Shown here: in pieces, positions 43,503 to 53,137 of the stretch
Layout of the letters: each line of letters begins with the position of its first letter
Numbering within the stretch: the stretch's first letter is position 1
Origin: Candidatus Curtissbacteria bacterium RIFOXYA1_FULL_41_14
Lineage (GTDB): Bacteria > Patescibacteriota > Microgenomatia > Curtissbacterales > GWA2-41-24
Reading direction: 5' to 3'
Assembly (NCBI GenBank): GCA_001775095.1
Contig: MFCA01000025.1
Coordinates: 181,232-245,231, forward strand
DNA: 64,000 bases
Notes under the pieces: generated by a model
Told to the model about the DNA's origin: nothing
The model's input: the letters and a program-made list of their open reading frames with translations, nothing else
The model's database searches: none
Program-made: the position numbers and the translations under genes

Positions 43503-45410
43503 TTGGTGCATAATGAAATTATGAAGAAATCTTTTTTGGCCGTCTTTTTATTTTTTATCTTTTTTCTGTTTTTCCCGAATTCCATTTTGGCAAAAGATTA
43601 CTATTTTCCAAAAGTTGAAGGTCAGTATCAAATCCAGAGCGATGGGTCGGTCGGAGTTTTGGAACGAAGAACTTATGAATTTTCAGGAAGCTTTAGTTGG
43701 GCAGATATTTTCATTCCTCTTAAGATTTCGCGCAAGGGTTACAGCTATAATGCGCAAATTATAAATTTCATGGTTTCGGAAAATGGCAAGGGGGTAAATT
43801 TAGTCGAAAACGGCCCTCAAGGCGACAAATATTACGCTAAATGGACTTACAGCGCTTTTAACCAAACAAGAACTTTTGATATTTCCTACACGCTAATTGG
43901 GGCTTTGGGGCAAGGAGAAGATTACACCGAATTTTACTGGCAGGTTATTGGTGATCAGTGGGATAAGAGGACCCAAAACGCAGAATTTTTGGTGACTTTT
44001 CCCAATAATATCCCAAGAGATCAAGTTTATGTATTTGCTCACGGGCCTCTAAACGGAAAGTATGATTTTGTAGGCAATAACCAGGCTAAATTTACAGTTT
44101 CTGATATAAGACCGAAGCAATTCGTTGAGGTCAGATTAGTATTCCCTAAGGGCAATATACTGGCTCAACAAAACTCGCAAAATAACTTGCAAAAGTTACT
44201 AGCTGAGGAAAAGAGCATTCTAGAAAAAGAGCAAAGAAATGCAGTTTTAAGGGGTGTATTCTTACTACTATTATTTTTGGTCACCGGATTGTGGGTAGTG
44301 TATTGGATTTGGGCTTGGTTTAAATACGGTAAGGAGTATAAGGTGGAAGTACCTAAATATCATCACGATCCCCCATCCAGACTGCCGCCGGCACTAGTGG
44401 AAATTCTTTTAAACCAGAATAATAATATCGGTACCCAGTCTTTCATAGCCACGCTTTTTGATTTGGCAAAAAAGAAATATCTCTCAGTCGCGACAAGGAG
44501 GTATTTGGTAAAGATCTTATTTTTTACACAGTCTAAGTACGAATATGCAATAGTTTTCAAGATTGAAAGAGAGAATCTTAACAATAATCCGAATCTTAGT
44601 ACATTCGAAAAAATGTATTTAAGAGAACTTGGAGATTTACATTCCCATTTGACTGAAGAACAACTTGTAGGTTTTGGTATAAAACGGGATGATCACGTTG
44701 TTACTTTTGATGACCTTAAAAAACATATAAAGACCGCTGGATTTGGAAGTTTTTGGCAATCTTTTAGAAAGGCAGTTAAAAAAGAGGCGGAGAAAAGAGG
44801 TTTTTTGGAGCAGGGTAGTGTTAAGAAGCATAACTGGTTCTGGATTTCTGCTGCTATTCTTGGTGTCTTAAACTTTACTGCTCTTAGTTTACTTTCCAAT
44901 GCTTTTTTTACGGGGGTCTTGGCATCATTTTTTTCCCTTTTTTGGTTTGTTGTCATTTTCCGCATCATATTGGGCATAAGGCTTTTATTCTCCAAAAAAG
45001 GGAGGGGGTTCCATCTTTTCTACTTTATGAGACGCTGGAGTAAAACTTACGGGGAGGAAGCCCGCAAGTGGCAGGCATTCAGGAATTTCTTGGAAGACAT
45101 CGGACATTTTAGGGATAAATTACCCCACCATTTACCGATTTGGGAAGAATACTTAGTCTACGGAATACTTTTTGGTCAAACAGACAAAATTCTAAAGCTT
45201 ATGCCGCAATACATTGGTGAACAGGTACCTAATTGGTACGTAGGCGATGGCTATGTAGGAATAGGTTCCTTTTCGGATTTTTCAACTTCACTGAATAGTT
45301 TATCTACTAATATCTCCTCCAGCTTCAAAGCCGGAACCGGCGGAAGTTTTTCCGGTGGTGGCGGTTTCGGTGGCGGAGGAGGAGGTGGAGGCGGTGGCGG
45401 CGCCGGATAA
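43503..45410 (+). CDS. DUF2207-like membrane protein with a poly-Gly C-terminus
   Basis: Signal/TM N-terminus and a large extracytoplasmic domain, then TM helices. The tail is SFSGGGGFGGGGGGGGGGGAG. This architecture is typical of DUF2207/YciQ-like proteins. Confidence 0.65.
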   Translation: MVHNEIMKKSFLAVFLFFIFFLFFPNSILAKDYYFPKVEGQYQIQSDGSVGVLERRTYEFSGSFSWADIFIPLKISRKGYSYNAQIINFMVSENGKGVNLVENGPQGDKYYAKWTYSAFNQTRTFDISYTLIGALGQGEDYTEFYWQVIGDQWDKRTQNAEFLVTFPNNIPRDQVYVFAHGPLNGKYDFVGNNQAKFTVSDIRPKQFVEVRLVFPKGNILAQQNSQNNLQKLLAEEKSILEKEQRNAVLRGVFLLLLFLVTGLWVVYWIWAWFKYGKEYKVEVPKYHHDPPSRLPPALVEILLNQNNNIGTQSFIATLFDLAKKKYLSVATRRYLVKILFFTQSKYEYAIVFKIERENLNNNPNLSTFEKMYLRELGDLHSHLTEEQLVGFGIKRDDHVVTFDDLKKHIKTAGFGSFWQSFRKAVKKEAEKRGFLEQGSVKKHNWFWISAAILGVLNFTALSLLSNAFFTGVLASFFSLFWFVVIFRIILGIRLLFSKKGRGFHLFYFMRRWSKTYGEEARKWQAFRNFLEDIGHFRDKLPHHLPIWEEYLVYGILFGQTDKILKLMPQYIGEQVPNWYVGDGYVGIGSFSDFSTSLNSLSTNISSSFKAGTGGSFSGGGGFGGGGGGGGGGGAG

Positions 45411-45421
45411 TCCGTAAGGAA

Positions 45422-46414
45422 TTATTTCTCTTTCAAAGATTTTGCAGATTTTCCCTCAATGGATTGGACTGTAGAGATCCTTGAGGATAGACGGGTGAAG
45501 CGGGTATTGACATCGTCTGATGATGCAGCGGCGTTTTTGATGTGTTTGGTAAGGACGGAGAGAGACCCTCCGAATTTCTCGGTTTCGTCACCGATCTCGC
45601 GAAGTGCGGCCAAAATTTGTCCGGCTTGCTTTTCAATTTTGGCTCCCTCCAAACTCATAATGATCGCTCGAAGATAAGCGTATAGAGTGTTGGGCGACAC
45701 CGGCCGAACGCGTTTACGGTAAGCGTAGTCATCAATTTCTGGGGAGTTGGTTAAAATTTCATAATAAACAGGTTCCGCAGGAATATACATCAGGGCAAAA
45801 TCCAAAGTTCCCTCCTGGGGTCTAATGTATTTTGAGGCGATTGCGTCAATATGTTTTTTGACGTCGGCAATGAAGGCTTTTCGATGATCGTTTCTTTCCT
45901 TTTCGCCGTCGGCTTTGGCCATTTTGCGAAAATTTTCCATCGGGAATTTGGCGTCAATCGGAATAATTCCCTGCTCCAACTTTAGAGCAGCATCGACAAT
46001 TTCGCCTCCTTTAAAAGCATACTGAAGATGGAAATTCTGTTTGGGAAGGATTTGACCAAGTAGATCTTTTAAAATTGCTTCCCCTATCTGACCGCGCATT
46101 TTTGGCGAACGCAAGAATTCCTGAAGATCGCGCATCGACCTTCCTAGTTCAGTCATCTCGCCGACAGACTTGGAAACATCCGAAATTACCTGGGCGGCCC
46201 GATCCAACCTTTCATTAATTGCGCGAGTTTGCTTAACCATCGAGTCGGTAGTTTTATCCATCGATCCGCGCATGTCAGAGACAAGCTGAGTCAAAAGTTT
46301 AGTGGTTTCGTCAGAAGATTTTGAGTCAAGTAACTTTTTGATTTGGAAATAAAGAACGGCGAAGGCAATAACCACCAACGCACCGATTATTAATATTATG
46401 GCTTGAGAATCCAT
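45422..46414 (-). CDS. rmuC: DNA recombination protein RmuC
   Basis: N-terminal TM, a long coiled coil and the C-terminal RmuC nuclease-like domain (...FALMYIPAEPVYYEI...). Confidence 0.8.
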   Translation of the reverse strand: MDSQAIILIIGALVVIAFAVLYFQIKKLLDSKSSDETTKLLTQLVSDMRGSMDKTTDSMVKQTRAINERLDRAAQVISDVSKSVGEMTELGRSMRDLQEFLRSPKMRGQIGEAILKDLLGQILPKQNFHLQYAFKGGEIVDAALKLEQGIIPIDAKFPMENFRKMAKADGEKERNDHRKAFIADVKKHIDAIASKYIRPQEGTLDFALMYIPAEPVYYEILTNSPEIDDYAYRKRVRPVSPNTLYAYLRAIIMSLEGAKIEKQAGQILAALREIGDETEKFGGSLSVLTKHIKNAAASSDDVNTRFTRLSSRISTVQSIEGKSAKSLKEK

Positions 46415-46596
46415 CCGCTAGATTGTACCAAATGTTGTGTAATTTTCAATTTGAAATTCCCGACCTCGTCTCGACTCGGTCGAGGACGGGTTGAAATTTT
46501 TAATCAAATCTAAATGTTTCAATTTTGAAAAATTAGATCATTGAAAATTCAATAAAAATTGTAAATTAAAAATTAAAAATTGTTTACAATGGTATT
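46415..46596. repeat. AT-rich element with an embedded GC-rich hairpin (CCCGACCTCGTCTCGAC TCGGTCGAGGACGGG) in the divergent promoter region
   Basis: aatttcaatttgaaattcccgacctcgtctcgactcggtcgaggacgggttgaaattttt..., with an ATTGAAAATT-rich context like the other AT-rich elements. Confidence 0.5.
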
Positions 46597-46971
46597 ATGG
46601 TTCGCCTTTTGCCTTTTGCTTTTTTGATTCTCTGTGCCTCGCTGTTCGGTCTCTTCTGGATTGTGATTGAGGTTGATCCTGATTCGGCACCTTGGTATAT
46701 CTTTGTTCTGTTGATCCTCCTGGTCTTTCTGACTGTCTTCTCTTTTTTGGGACTTTTTCTCTATTTTCTAAGAACCAGATTTTACAAGCGATACAGCGCT
46801 AAGTGGTATGTCTATACTTCTTTTAAAATGGCCTTTTTTGTGGCACTTTTCGTGACATTGACTGCAACTTTGGCTATTTTGCAGTTAGTGACTCTTTTTA
46901 ACGTGATCTTGGCAATCTCGGCAGTATCTCTGTTTGCCATTTGGAGTTATTTGGGAAAAAATAGTTACTAG
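46597..46971 (+). CDS. Hypothetical small membrane protein (four TM helices)
   Basis: 124 aa and entirely hydrophobic helices. No motifs. Confidence 0.35.
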   Translation: MVRLLPFAFLILCASLFGLFWIVIEVDPDSAPWYIFVLLILLVFLTVFSFLGLFLYFLRTRFYKRYSAKWYVYTSFKMAFFVALFVTLTATLAILQLVTLFNVILAISAVSLFAIWSYLGKNSY

Positions 46972-46988
46972 TTTCTAGTCGCTAGTCC

Positions 46989-47465
46989 CTAGTCACTTAA
47001 GATAATTATCCCTTCCCTCCAGCCGCCGGGGTCTTTGATTAATTGGCCGTCCTTTTGATAAATATGTGAGGTAATAGCAATCGACTTATTTTGATAGGAG
47101 GATGGAATTTGCCAGTCGAGTTTATACGGAGCTGATTTTACCTCTCCAATCATCTGCCATTTACCATCAGTATAAGTTTTGACCCAAAACTGTACTTTAT
47201 CAACTTTTTGCGGCTCGTCGACCGACAGTTCAATTAATAAGTTGTTACTTCTGACGATATCGCCTGCTTGTGGATTGACAAGGATACCGCCAGTTGCATT
47301 TTCCTGTTGATTTTGCTGGATAACTGTCGTCGGTCTTGTCAAAAGCGGCCTGACGATCAGAAAAACTACAATTAAAGCGAAAGCGGCCAATGCGACAACT
47401 CCGAAAGGATTAATCGGCCAGGCTTCTCTTCCTTTTTCTATCGGCCCGCGTTTTTCTGATTCCAT
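46989..47465 (-). CDS. Hypothetical membrane-anchored protein with a beta-rich ectodomain
   Basis: N-terminal TM VVALAAFALIVVFLIV and a C-terminal ~110 aa domain (FWVKTYTDGKWQMIGEVKSAPYKLDWQIP). Confidence 0.4.
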   Translation of the reverse strand: MESEKRGPIEKGREAWPINPFGVVALAAFALIVVFLIVRPLLTRPTTVIQQNQQENATGGILVNPQAGDIVRSNNLLIELSVDEPQKVDKVQFWVKTYTDGKWQMIGEVKSAPYKLDWQIPSSYQNKSIAITSHIYQKDGQLIKDPGGWREGIIILSD

Positions 47466-47539
47466 ACTTTTATATAATTTTATCTTGTTTTAGCCCACTG
47501 TCAAATTAAAAGTTTTTGATATAGAATACTTTCGCAACA

Positions 47540-49882
47540 ATGCTTAAATTTACTTTGATAAAAAAATCACTGTTTAAAATACTCTCGATCTTCATTATTT
47601 TTTTAACATGGTTTATCAGACTGGATATCTTCATAGGAGATGTAACGATCTTTCTTATCAAAACGATTCTTTTATCAATCGGGAGGCTTCTTAAAAAATT
47701 AAACTTAGATTTACGAAAAAGGGCGCCAGCAGTATTTCACACGCTTGACAGGCTAATCCATCATCCAGTAGTCGGGCAAGATCGCAGTTTTAAAGTAGGC
47801 TTGGCCACAATTTTTATCCTGATTTTCGCAATCTGGTTCACTACGCGTGATTTACCAAGCCCAAAACAACTTGAGACAAGAAAACTACCCCAAACCACCA
47901 AGATTTATGACCGAGATGGTGAGTTACTTTACAACATTTATTCTGATCAAAATCGCACTGTAGTGCCGCTTTCAGAAATCCCCAATTCGCTAAAGCAAGC
48001 AACAATTGCCATTGAAGATAAAGACTTTTATAAACATAAGGGCTTTGATATCTATGGTATTGCCCGGGCAACCAGAAAAACGGTTTTTGAAGGAAATCTG
48101 CAAGGAGGTTCAACTATAACTCAGCAATTAGTCAAGAGCGCTTTTCTCTCACCTGAGAGGACAATAAGCCGAAAAATCAAGGAACTTTACCTTGCTTTTA
48201 GAGTAGAAATGGCCTTCCCGAAAGACCGGATCTTGGAAATGTATTTAAACCAGGTTCCATACGGAGGAACGGCTTGGGGAGCGGCAGCAGCAGCCGAACA
48301 ATATTTTGGCAAAGATGTTAAAGATCTAACTCTAGCGCAGTCAGCCCTGCTGGCAGGTTTACCAGCGGCTCCTACCTACTATTCGCCTTTTGGACAAGAT
48401 TCCAAACGGGCTAAAGAAAGACAGAAACAGGTCCTAAGAAGAATGGTTGAGGATGGCTATATCTTAAAAGAAGAGGCGGACGCTGCAGCAGGTGAAGAGC
48501 TTTCATTCAAACCCTCAGCGACTGACATCAAAGCTCCCCATTTTGTAATGTATGTCCGCGAGTATTTGGCTGAAAAATATGGTGAAGCAGTAGCTGCTCA
48601 AGGGGGACTTAAGGTGACAACTACCTTGGATTTAGATATTCAGGAAAGCGCGCAGAAAATTGTTAAAGATAACATAGATAAACTCAAAGTGCATCGAGTC
48701 TCAAATGGTTCGGCATTGGTGACTAAACCAAAAACTGGGGAGATTCTGGCAATGGTCGGATCAAAAGATTTTTTTGACACTTCAATCGACGGCAATGTCA
48801 ACGTGACTATTGCTTCGCGTCAACCAGGATCTTCAATCAAACCGGTTAATTACGCAACTGCACTTGAAAGAAGACTAATAACGCCTGCAACAATCATCAT
48901 GGATGTCCCAACCACTTTTTCCGGCGGGCCAGTCCCTTATCGACCAGTTAATTACGATGGCAGATTCCATGGCCCCGTGCAGGTTCGCTTTGCGCTCGGC
49001 AACTCATACAATATTCCGGCTGTAAAAGTTTTGGCCTTAAACGGCGTTGGCGAAATGATTAAGATGGCTAGGGAAATGGGTATAACAACCTTCACCGATG
49101 AATCGCGTTATGGACTTTCTCTAACGCTAGGCGGCGGAGAAGTAAAAATGACCGAAATGGCACAAGCGTTTGGAGTTTTCGCAAACGAAGGTGCCAAGGT
49201 TGACGTAACACCGATTCTCAAAATCGAAGACTCAAACGGAAAAACTTTGGAGGAGTTTAAACCAAAAACCGGCAAAAAGGTCCTTTCGCCGCAAACTTCT
49301 TTTCTGATTTCCTCGATTTTATCTGATAATAGTGCCAGAACTGCCGCTTTCGGACCAAGTAGTAAATTGGTGATTAAAGATAAAACTGTAGCAGTCAAAA
49401 CAGGTACTACTGACGATAAACGCGATAATTGGACAATCGGCTATACACCCAGTTACTTTGTAGCCACTTGGGTTGGCAATAATGACAATACTCCGATGAA
49501 TCCTGCTATTTCTTCTGGTATTACCGGTGCAACGCCGATTTGGAATGAAATTATGACAGATGTTCTAAAAGACAAAGTTAATGAAGCATTCAAAGTGCCA
49601 ACTGGAGTTACGGGCATGGAAATCTGCTCAGTAACCGGAGGAGCTAAAAACGAGGCATGTCCAGGGCGCTTTGAGTATTTTATCGCCGGAACTGAACCGA
49701 AAAAAGATACTTTCGCCAAAGCCAAAGTTTGGATTGACGTGACAACCGGCCAAGTCGTTGAACCTGGATCGCCAAATGCAGAGGAGAAAGAAGAAGTAGT
49801 TCTGCAAGATCCCTATTCCAAGAAAGACTTCTGCGTGACATGCCCAAGGCCCCAAACTTCACCATCACCGGCGCCGGGATAA
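47540..49882 (+). CDS. Class A penicillin-binding protein (transglycosylase plus transpeptidase)
   Basis: GT51 motifs (IAIEDKDFYKHKGFD, ...RKTVFEGNLQGGSTITQQLVK) and transpeptidase motifs SSIKP (SxxK), SYN and KTGT. Confidence 0.9.
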   Translation: MLKFTLIKKSLFKILSIFIIFLTWFIRLDIFIGDVTIFLIKTILLSIGRLLKKLNLDLRKRAPAVFHTLDRLIHHPVVGQDRSFKVGLATIFILIFAIWFTTRDLPSPKQLETRKLPQTTKIYDRDGELLYNIYSDQNRTVVPLSEIPNSLKQATIAIEDKDFYKHKGFDIYGIARATRKTVFEGNLQGGSTITQQLVKSAFLSPERTISRKIKELYLAFRVEMAFPKDRILEMYLNQVPYGGTAWGAAAAAEQYFGKDVKDLTLAQSALLAGLPAAPTYYSPFGQDSKRAKERQKQVLRRMVEDGYILKEEADAAAGEELSFKPSATDIKAPHFVMYVREYLAEKYGEAVAAQGGLKVTTTLDLDIQESAQKIVKDNIDKLKVHRVSNGSALVTKPKTGEILAMVGSKDFFDTSIDGNVNVTIASRQPGSSIKPVNYATALERRLITPATIIMDVPTTFSGGPVPYRPVNYDGRFHGPVQVRFALGNSYNIPAVKVLALNGVGEMIKMAREMGITTFTDESRYGLSLTLGGGEVKMTEMAQAFGVFANEGAKVDVTPILKIEDSNGKTLEEFKPKTGKKVLSPQTSFLISSILSDNSARTAAFGPSSKLVIKDKTVAVKTGTTDDKRDNWTIGYTPSYFVATWVGNNDNTPMNPAISSGITGATPIWNEIMTDVLKDKVNEAFKVPTGVTGMEICSVTGGAKNEACPGRFEYFIAGTEPKKDTFAKAKVWIDVTTGQVVEPGSPNAEEKEEVVLQDPYSKKDFCVTCPRPQTSPSPAPG

Positions 49883-49942
49883 ACCCTATTCGTCATTCTG
49901 AGCGAAGTCGAGTCCTAATTCGACAAAGCGAGGAATCTTGAC

Positions 49943-50515
49943 TCAATCTAAAAATCTAAAGGTTGCGAGGATTTGGCTCAAATTTTGGCCGGATATATTC
50001 ATTATTCTATCGCTTGAAATAGAAATTATTACATGGCTTTCTGAAATTTTTATGGCTTTTCTACTTGCTACCGTTATTTCTTTAGCGTTAGGATAGTAGT
50101 CTTTTCTTATTTTATCGACTGTATCGCCTTGTGCTCCAAAACCGAATATAAAAACTTCGTTTCCTTTATGATCACCGTCGCTGTGATCTGCTTTTGTACC
50201 TTCCATAAAAAAACTAACGTTTTCTTCTTGAGGAAGCCAGGAGGGACTTTCATAAAACCAGTTAGGAGGATATTTGAAGACAAAGTATTTGTTTTCATAG
50301 ATTTTCCAATTTGCTGTTTCCGCGGAACCATTCGGTTCACGGCCAGCGTCTGAAATTGGACTGGGTTGGGCTTGAACCGACGGTTCGGAACTTGGAGTTG
50401 ATTTGTTTTTGATGTTTTTGAGGAGAGTAGTGTTGAAATAAAGAGTTAATGCCACGCCAAGAGTAATCAGGGCGAGAATAATCATTACCGGAGGAGTTAA
50501 ATATCCCCTTCTCAT
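49943..50515 (-). CDS. Paralog family member 1: secreted/anchored protein with a conserved signal anchor, an ETANWK-YPxxW motif and a C-terminal QILATFRFLD
   Basis: MRRGYLTPPVMIILALITLGVALTLYFNTTLLKNIKNKSTPSSEPS... is nearly identical at DNA level to the N-terminus of 53138..53791. The C-terminal motif is shared with all three paralogs. Confidence 0.6.
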   Translation of the reverse strand: MRRGYLTPPVMIILALITLGVALTLYFNTTLLKNIKNKSTPSSEPSVQAQPSPISDAGREPNGSAETANWKIYENKYFVFKYPPNWFYESPSWLPQEENVSFFMEGTKADHSDGDHKGNEVFIFGFGAQGDTVDKIRKDYYPNAKEITVASRKAIKISESHVIISISSDRIMNISGQNLSQILATFRFLD

Positions 50516-50557
50516 ACTTTCATCATTTCACTTCCGTGAGAGAGAGTCAAAGGAGAC

Positions 50558-50971
50558 TTACAATAATTCCGCGGGGGTAACCGGTAACAGTTTTTCTATT
50601 TTGGAAAAATCAGTGTCATAAGTAACTAGCTTTACATCACTAGGTACTTGAGTGACAATCAAACAGTCTGCATATTTAATATTGTGTTTCTTATAAAGTA
50701 AAAGGGCTCTTCTGGTGTCTGTTTTTTCGATTATTGTTAAATTTCTCAAAGAAATCAGGTTGTCGGTATCAGAAAGCACTTTATCTTTTGGAAATTTGTA
50801 AAGCTTAATCAGTACAAACTGGATTTCCAAAACTACTATATTGGAAGTGTAAGAACGGATTTTTCCTTCTTCTCCGGCTTCAAAAAATTTTTGACATTCT
50901 TCGAATTTTTGTTTGTCGTCAGCAGTTAAAAATCGGATAAAGACGCTCGTGTCTATAAAAACTTTTGTCAT
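50558..50971 (-). CDS. vapC: PIN-domain toxin (VapC-like); start placed at the internal ATG (MTKVFIDTSVF...) just downstream of the antitoxin stop
   Basis: VFIDTSVFIRFLTADD...NIVVLEIQ...ADCLIVTQVPSDVKLVTYDTDF, the PIN acidic residues. The longer track ORF (to 51031) overlaps the antitoxin. Confidence 0.7.
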   Translation of the reverse strand: MTKVFIDTSVFIRFLTADDKQKFEECQKFFEAGEEGKIRSYTSNIVVLEIQFVLIKLYKFPKDKVLSDTDNLISLRNLTIIEKTDTRRALLLYKKHNIKYADCLIVTQVPSDVKLVTYDTDFSKIEKLLPVTPAELL

Positions 50972-50975
50972 TTTC

Positions 50976-51203
50976 TTATCTGGAGTAATCGATGTATTCG
51001 CGAATTTTTTCTGCAGGAATAGGCTTAGCAACTTTGTATTTACCAGCCAGCGACATAAGTTTGGATTTTAATGGTTCGATAATTATTTTTGATTGTTCAA
51101 CCTTTATAAGTGCTCTACCATGTTTTGTAAGCCCTGCTTTCTTGCGGATCGAAACAGGTATGTGGACTTGGAATTTAGGAGTAATTGTGGTTATTGTTTC
51201 CAT
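50976..51203 (-). CDS. vapB: AbrB/SpoVT-type antitoxin (VapB-like)
   Basis: 75 aa; TITPKFQVHIPVSIRKKAGL... resembles a swapped-hairpin AbrB domain. It lies immediately upstream of the PIN gene. Promoter: TTGACA-N17-TACAAT with the inverted repeat TATTGAC...GTCAATA over the -35 (51214-51245). Confidence 0.6.
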   Translation of the reverse strand: METITTITPKFQVHIPVSIRKKAGLTKHGRALIKVEQSKIIIEPLKSKLMSLAGKYKVAKPIPAEKIREYIDYSR

Positions 51204-51319
51204 ATCAATACATATTGTATGTTATTGACTTTTTATTGTCAATAATTAAACAACATCAATTACTTAATTTAATCGAGGAATTTGCTTGCAGTGCTTGCCC
51301 TGAGTTTACCGAAGGGAGA

Positions 51320-52195
51320 TTATTCGAATCTGAAGGTGGAGAGGATTTGGTCAAAAATTTCTTGCCCTTTAAGTATTTCTTTTTCGTCCCGGGATTGAGT
51401 TTCCAATTCTAATATTAGAATCCGCTTAAAATCTTTCGAGAAAAGATCTACAGCAGTGATATGTTCAGAACCTGCGCGAGGAAGCGGTTGAATCCCTTCT
51501 TGCCCATTCACTCTTACAGTCTTTATCGTGTAAGGTAACTGTTCGAAATCATAAAGGTCAGCAAATGGTTTTCCAGTATTATTATTATAATTCCCTTGAT
51601 TTATGAAACTTAATAAATATGCACCTTGTGGGTCTTCTATTTCTTGAACTGACCTACTCCCAAAGATTTGGATAGATTTTTGTGTCCAACTTGTAGGATA
51701 TTTGAAAGAGTACGAATTGTCTTGAGAGGTGTATGTTTTCCAATTTGCAGTTTCGTCGGATTGATTTTGCTCAATAAGCTTTAAAAGTATTTGTTTGTCG
51801 GTGTCATTTATCACACCATCCGCATCTAAATCAGCAAGCGGATGATAATTTTTTTGCCCTCGACTAGTTCCTAAGGCAGTATTAAGTAAATTAAGATCTG
51901 CAACATTACACATTCCATCTGAGTTGACATCGCAAGGTGCAATATCTAACGATTCTTGGTTGATGACTTCGGTAAAAGATTTACCATCAGGGGTTTTACA
52001 TTGTCTAGGGTAGGTTAAAATGATTCGGTTGCCGGCTCTGGCACAATCTTCAAATGAATTTATTGCGGGACTTGGGGTTGGTTGGTTCTTGATGTTTTTG
52101 AGAAGATTGGTGTTGAGGAAAAGAGTTAATGCAACGCCAAATGTAATCAGGGCGAGGATAATAAGTACTGGCGGCGTTAGATATCCCCTTCTCAT
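51320..52195 (-). CDS. Paralog family member 2 with an extra module containing two dockerin-like Ca-binding repeats
   Basis: Same N-terminus (MRRGYLTPPVLIILALITFGVALTLFLNTNLLKNIKNQPTPS) and same C-terminus (FDQILSTFRFE). The middle carries DVNSDGMCNVADLNLL and DLDADGVINDTDKQILLKLI, which follow the dockerin type I DxNxDGxxNxxD pattern. Confidence 0.6.
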   Translation of the reverse strand: MRRGYLTPPVLIILALITFGVALTLFLNTNLLKNIKNQPTPSPAINSFEDCARAGNRIILTYPRQCKTPDGKSFTEVINQESLDIAPCDVNSDGMCNVADLNLLNTALGTSRGQKNYHPLADLDADGVINDTDKQILLKLIEQNQSDETANWKTYTSQDNSYSFKYPTSWTQKSIQIFGSRSVQEIEDPQGAYLLSFINQGNYNNNTGKPFADLYDFEQLPYTIKTVRVNGQEGIQPLPRAGSEHITAVDLFSKDFKRILILELETQSRDEKEILKGQEIFDQILSTFRFE

Positions 52196-52240
52196 ACTTT
52201 CATCATTTCATTTCCTCAGAGAAGAGTCAAAGTGAGGAAG

Positions 52241-52280
52241 AGCCAGAGAGTCAGAAAGTCAGAAAGTCAGAAAGTCAGAG
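52241..52280. repeat. Tandem octamer repeat (AGTCAGAA x4-5) in the leader between the PIN stop and the paralog-2 start
   Basis: agccagag agtcagaa agtcagaa agtcagaa agtcagag. Confidence 0.7.
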
Positions 52281-52283
52281 AGG

Positions 52284-52700
52284 TTAGAGACGAAAAGTTT
52301 CGAAGAGATCTTTTGGTGTTAAAGCAATCGAGGGCTTTAAAAATTCGGCTACTTTTTTGTTTAAAAAGTCTTTTTTATCCAAAGTTACCAAAAAATCAGA
52401 TTTTGATTGTTTTGCTTCGGCTAAAATAACCGCATCTTTTTCGACAATTATCTTTTTCGCTTGTCTGATTAACTCTAAGTCTGGTTTTTGATCTAAAATA
52501 TGGGTTTTCTCTACCAACTTAAAAAAACGCTCAAGTGCATATGACTGCAATTTTTTTCTGATATTTCTTTCAGTTTCGGTCAGAACCAAGTGCGAAACAA
52601 CCAGCTTGATATTTTTATAGGTAAAAAGTTTAGCCGAGCCGCCTGTTGGAGAATTAGCAGCAGTGAATAGAACGCTTGAATCAATAAAGACAGACTTCAT
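52284..52700 (-). CDS. PIN-domain toxin (VapC-like)
   Basis: MKSVFIDSSVLFTAAN...VVSHLVLTETERN...FLVTLDKKDF (PIN). Its start overlaps the antitoxin stop by 1 nt. Confidence 0.7.
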   Translation of the reverse strand: MKSVFIDSSVLFTAANSPTGGSAKLFTYKNIKLVVSHLVLTETERNIRKKLQSYALERFFKLVEKTHILDQKPDLELIRQAKKIIVEKDAVILAEAKQSKSDFLVTLDKKDFLNKKVAEFLKPSIALTPKDLFETFRL

Positions 52701-52963
52701 TATAGTCTATCTTCTTTTTGCCACTTTTCGATTTCCTTTTTAGTGAATTCTCTCGTTAGAGGCAGAAGGGTAGGATCGATAAACGTCTTGCCGTAAATTT
52801 TTCTAATTTCTTCTTCAAGTTTCGTAAGATAATCAATATCGACAAGGGCCGCGCGAGGCGTACCGCCTTTAGTAAGTATGATATATTTTTCCCCTTTGAC
52901 CTTTTGGGTCAGGCTGCTTAAATTGCTTCTGACTTTCGTTATCGGAACGATATCGATATTCAT
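52700..52963 (-). CDS. Phd/YefM-family antitoxin
   Basis: 87 aa; ITKVRSNLSSLTQKVKGEKYIILTKGGTPRAALVDIDYLTKLEE is the Phd/YefM fold pattern. Confidence 0.65.
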   Translation of the reverse strand: MNIDIVPITKVRSNLSSLTQKVKGEKYIILTKGGTPRAALVDIDYLTKLEEEIRKIYGKTFIDPTLLPLTREFTKKEIEKWQKEDRL

Positions 52964-53137
52964 ATTTTAATTATCCAACACGTACAAAAAAATGTCAAGT
53001 ATTATGTACATTATACTGTCATTCTGAGCCTTTCGCCGGTCACTCTGAATCCTTCGATTGTCATTCTGAACGTAGTGAAGAATCTCAGGGTAAACTCCGT
53101 AAAGGGTCTCAAGATAAACTCCGCGAAGAATCTTGAT

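Noticed and set aside
50972-51031. N-terminal 20-aa extension of the VapC ORF in the track (MLSLFLQKKFANTSITPDKK)
   Set aside because: It overlaps the antitoxin coding sequence. The internal ATG at 50971, 4 bp after the antitoxin stop, gives the canonical PIN start MTKVFIDTS.
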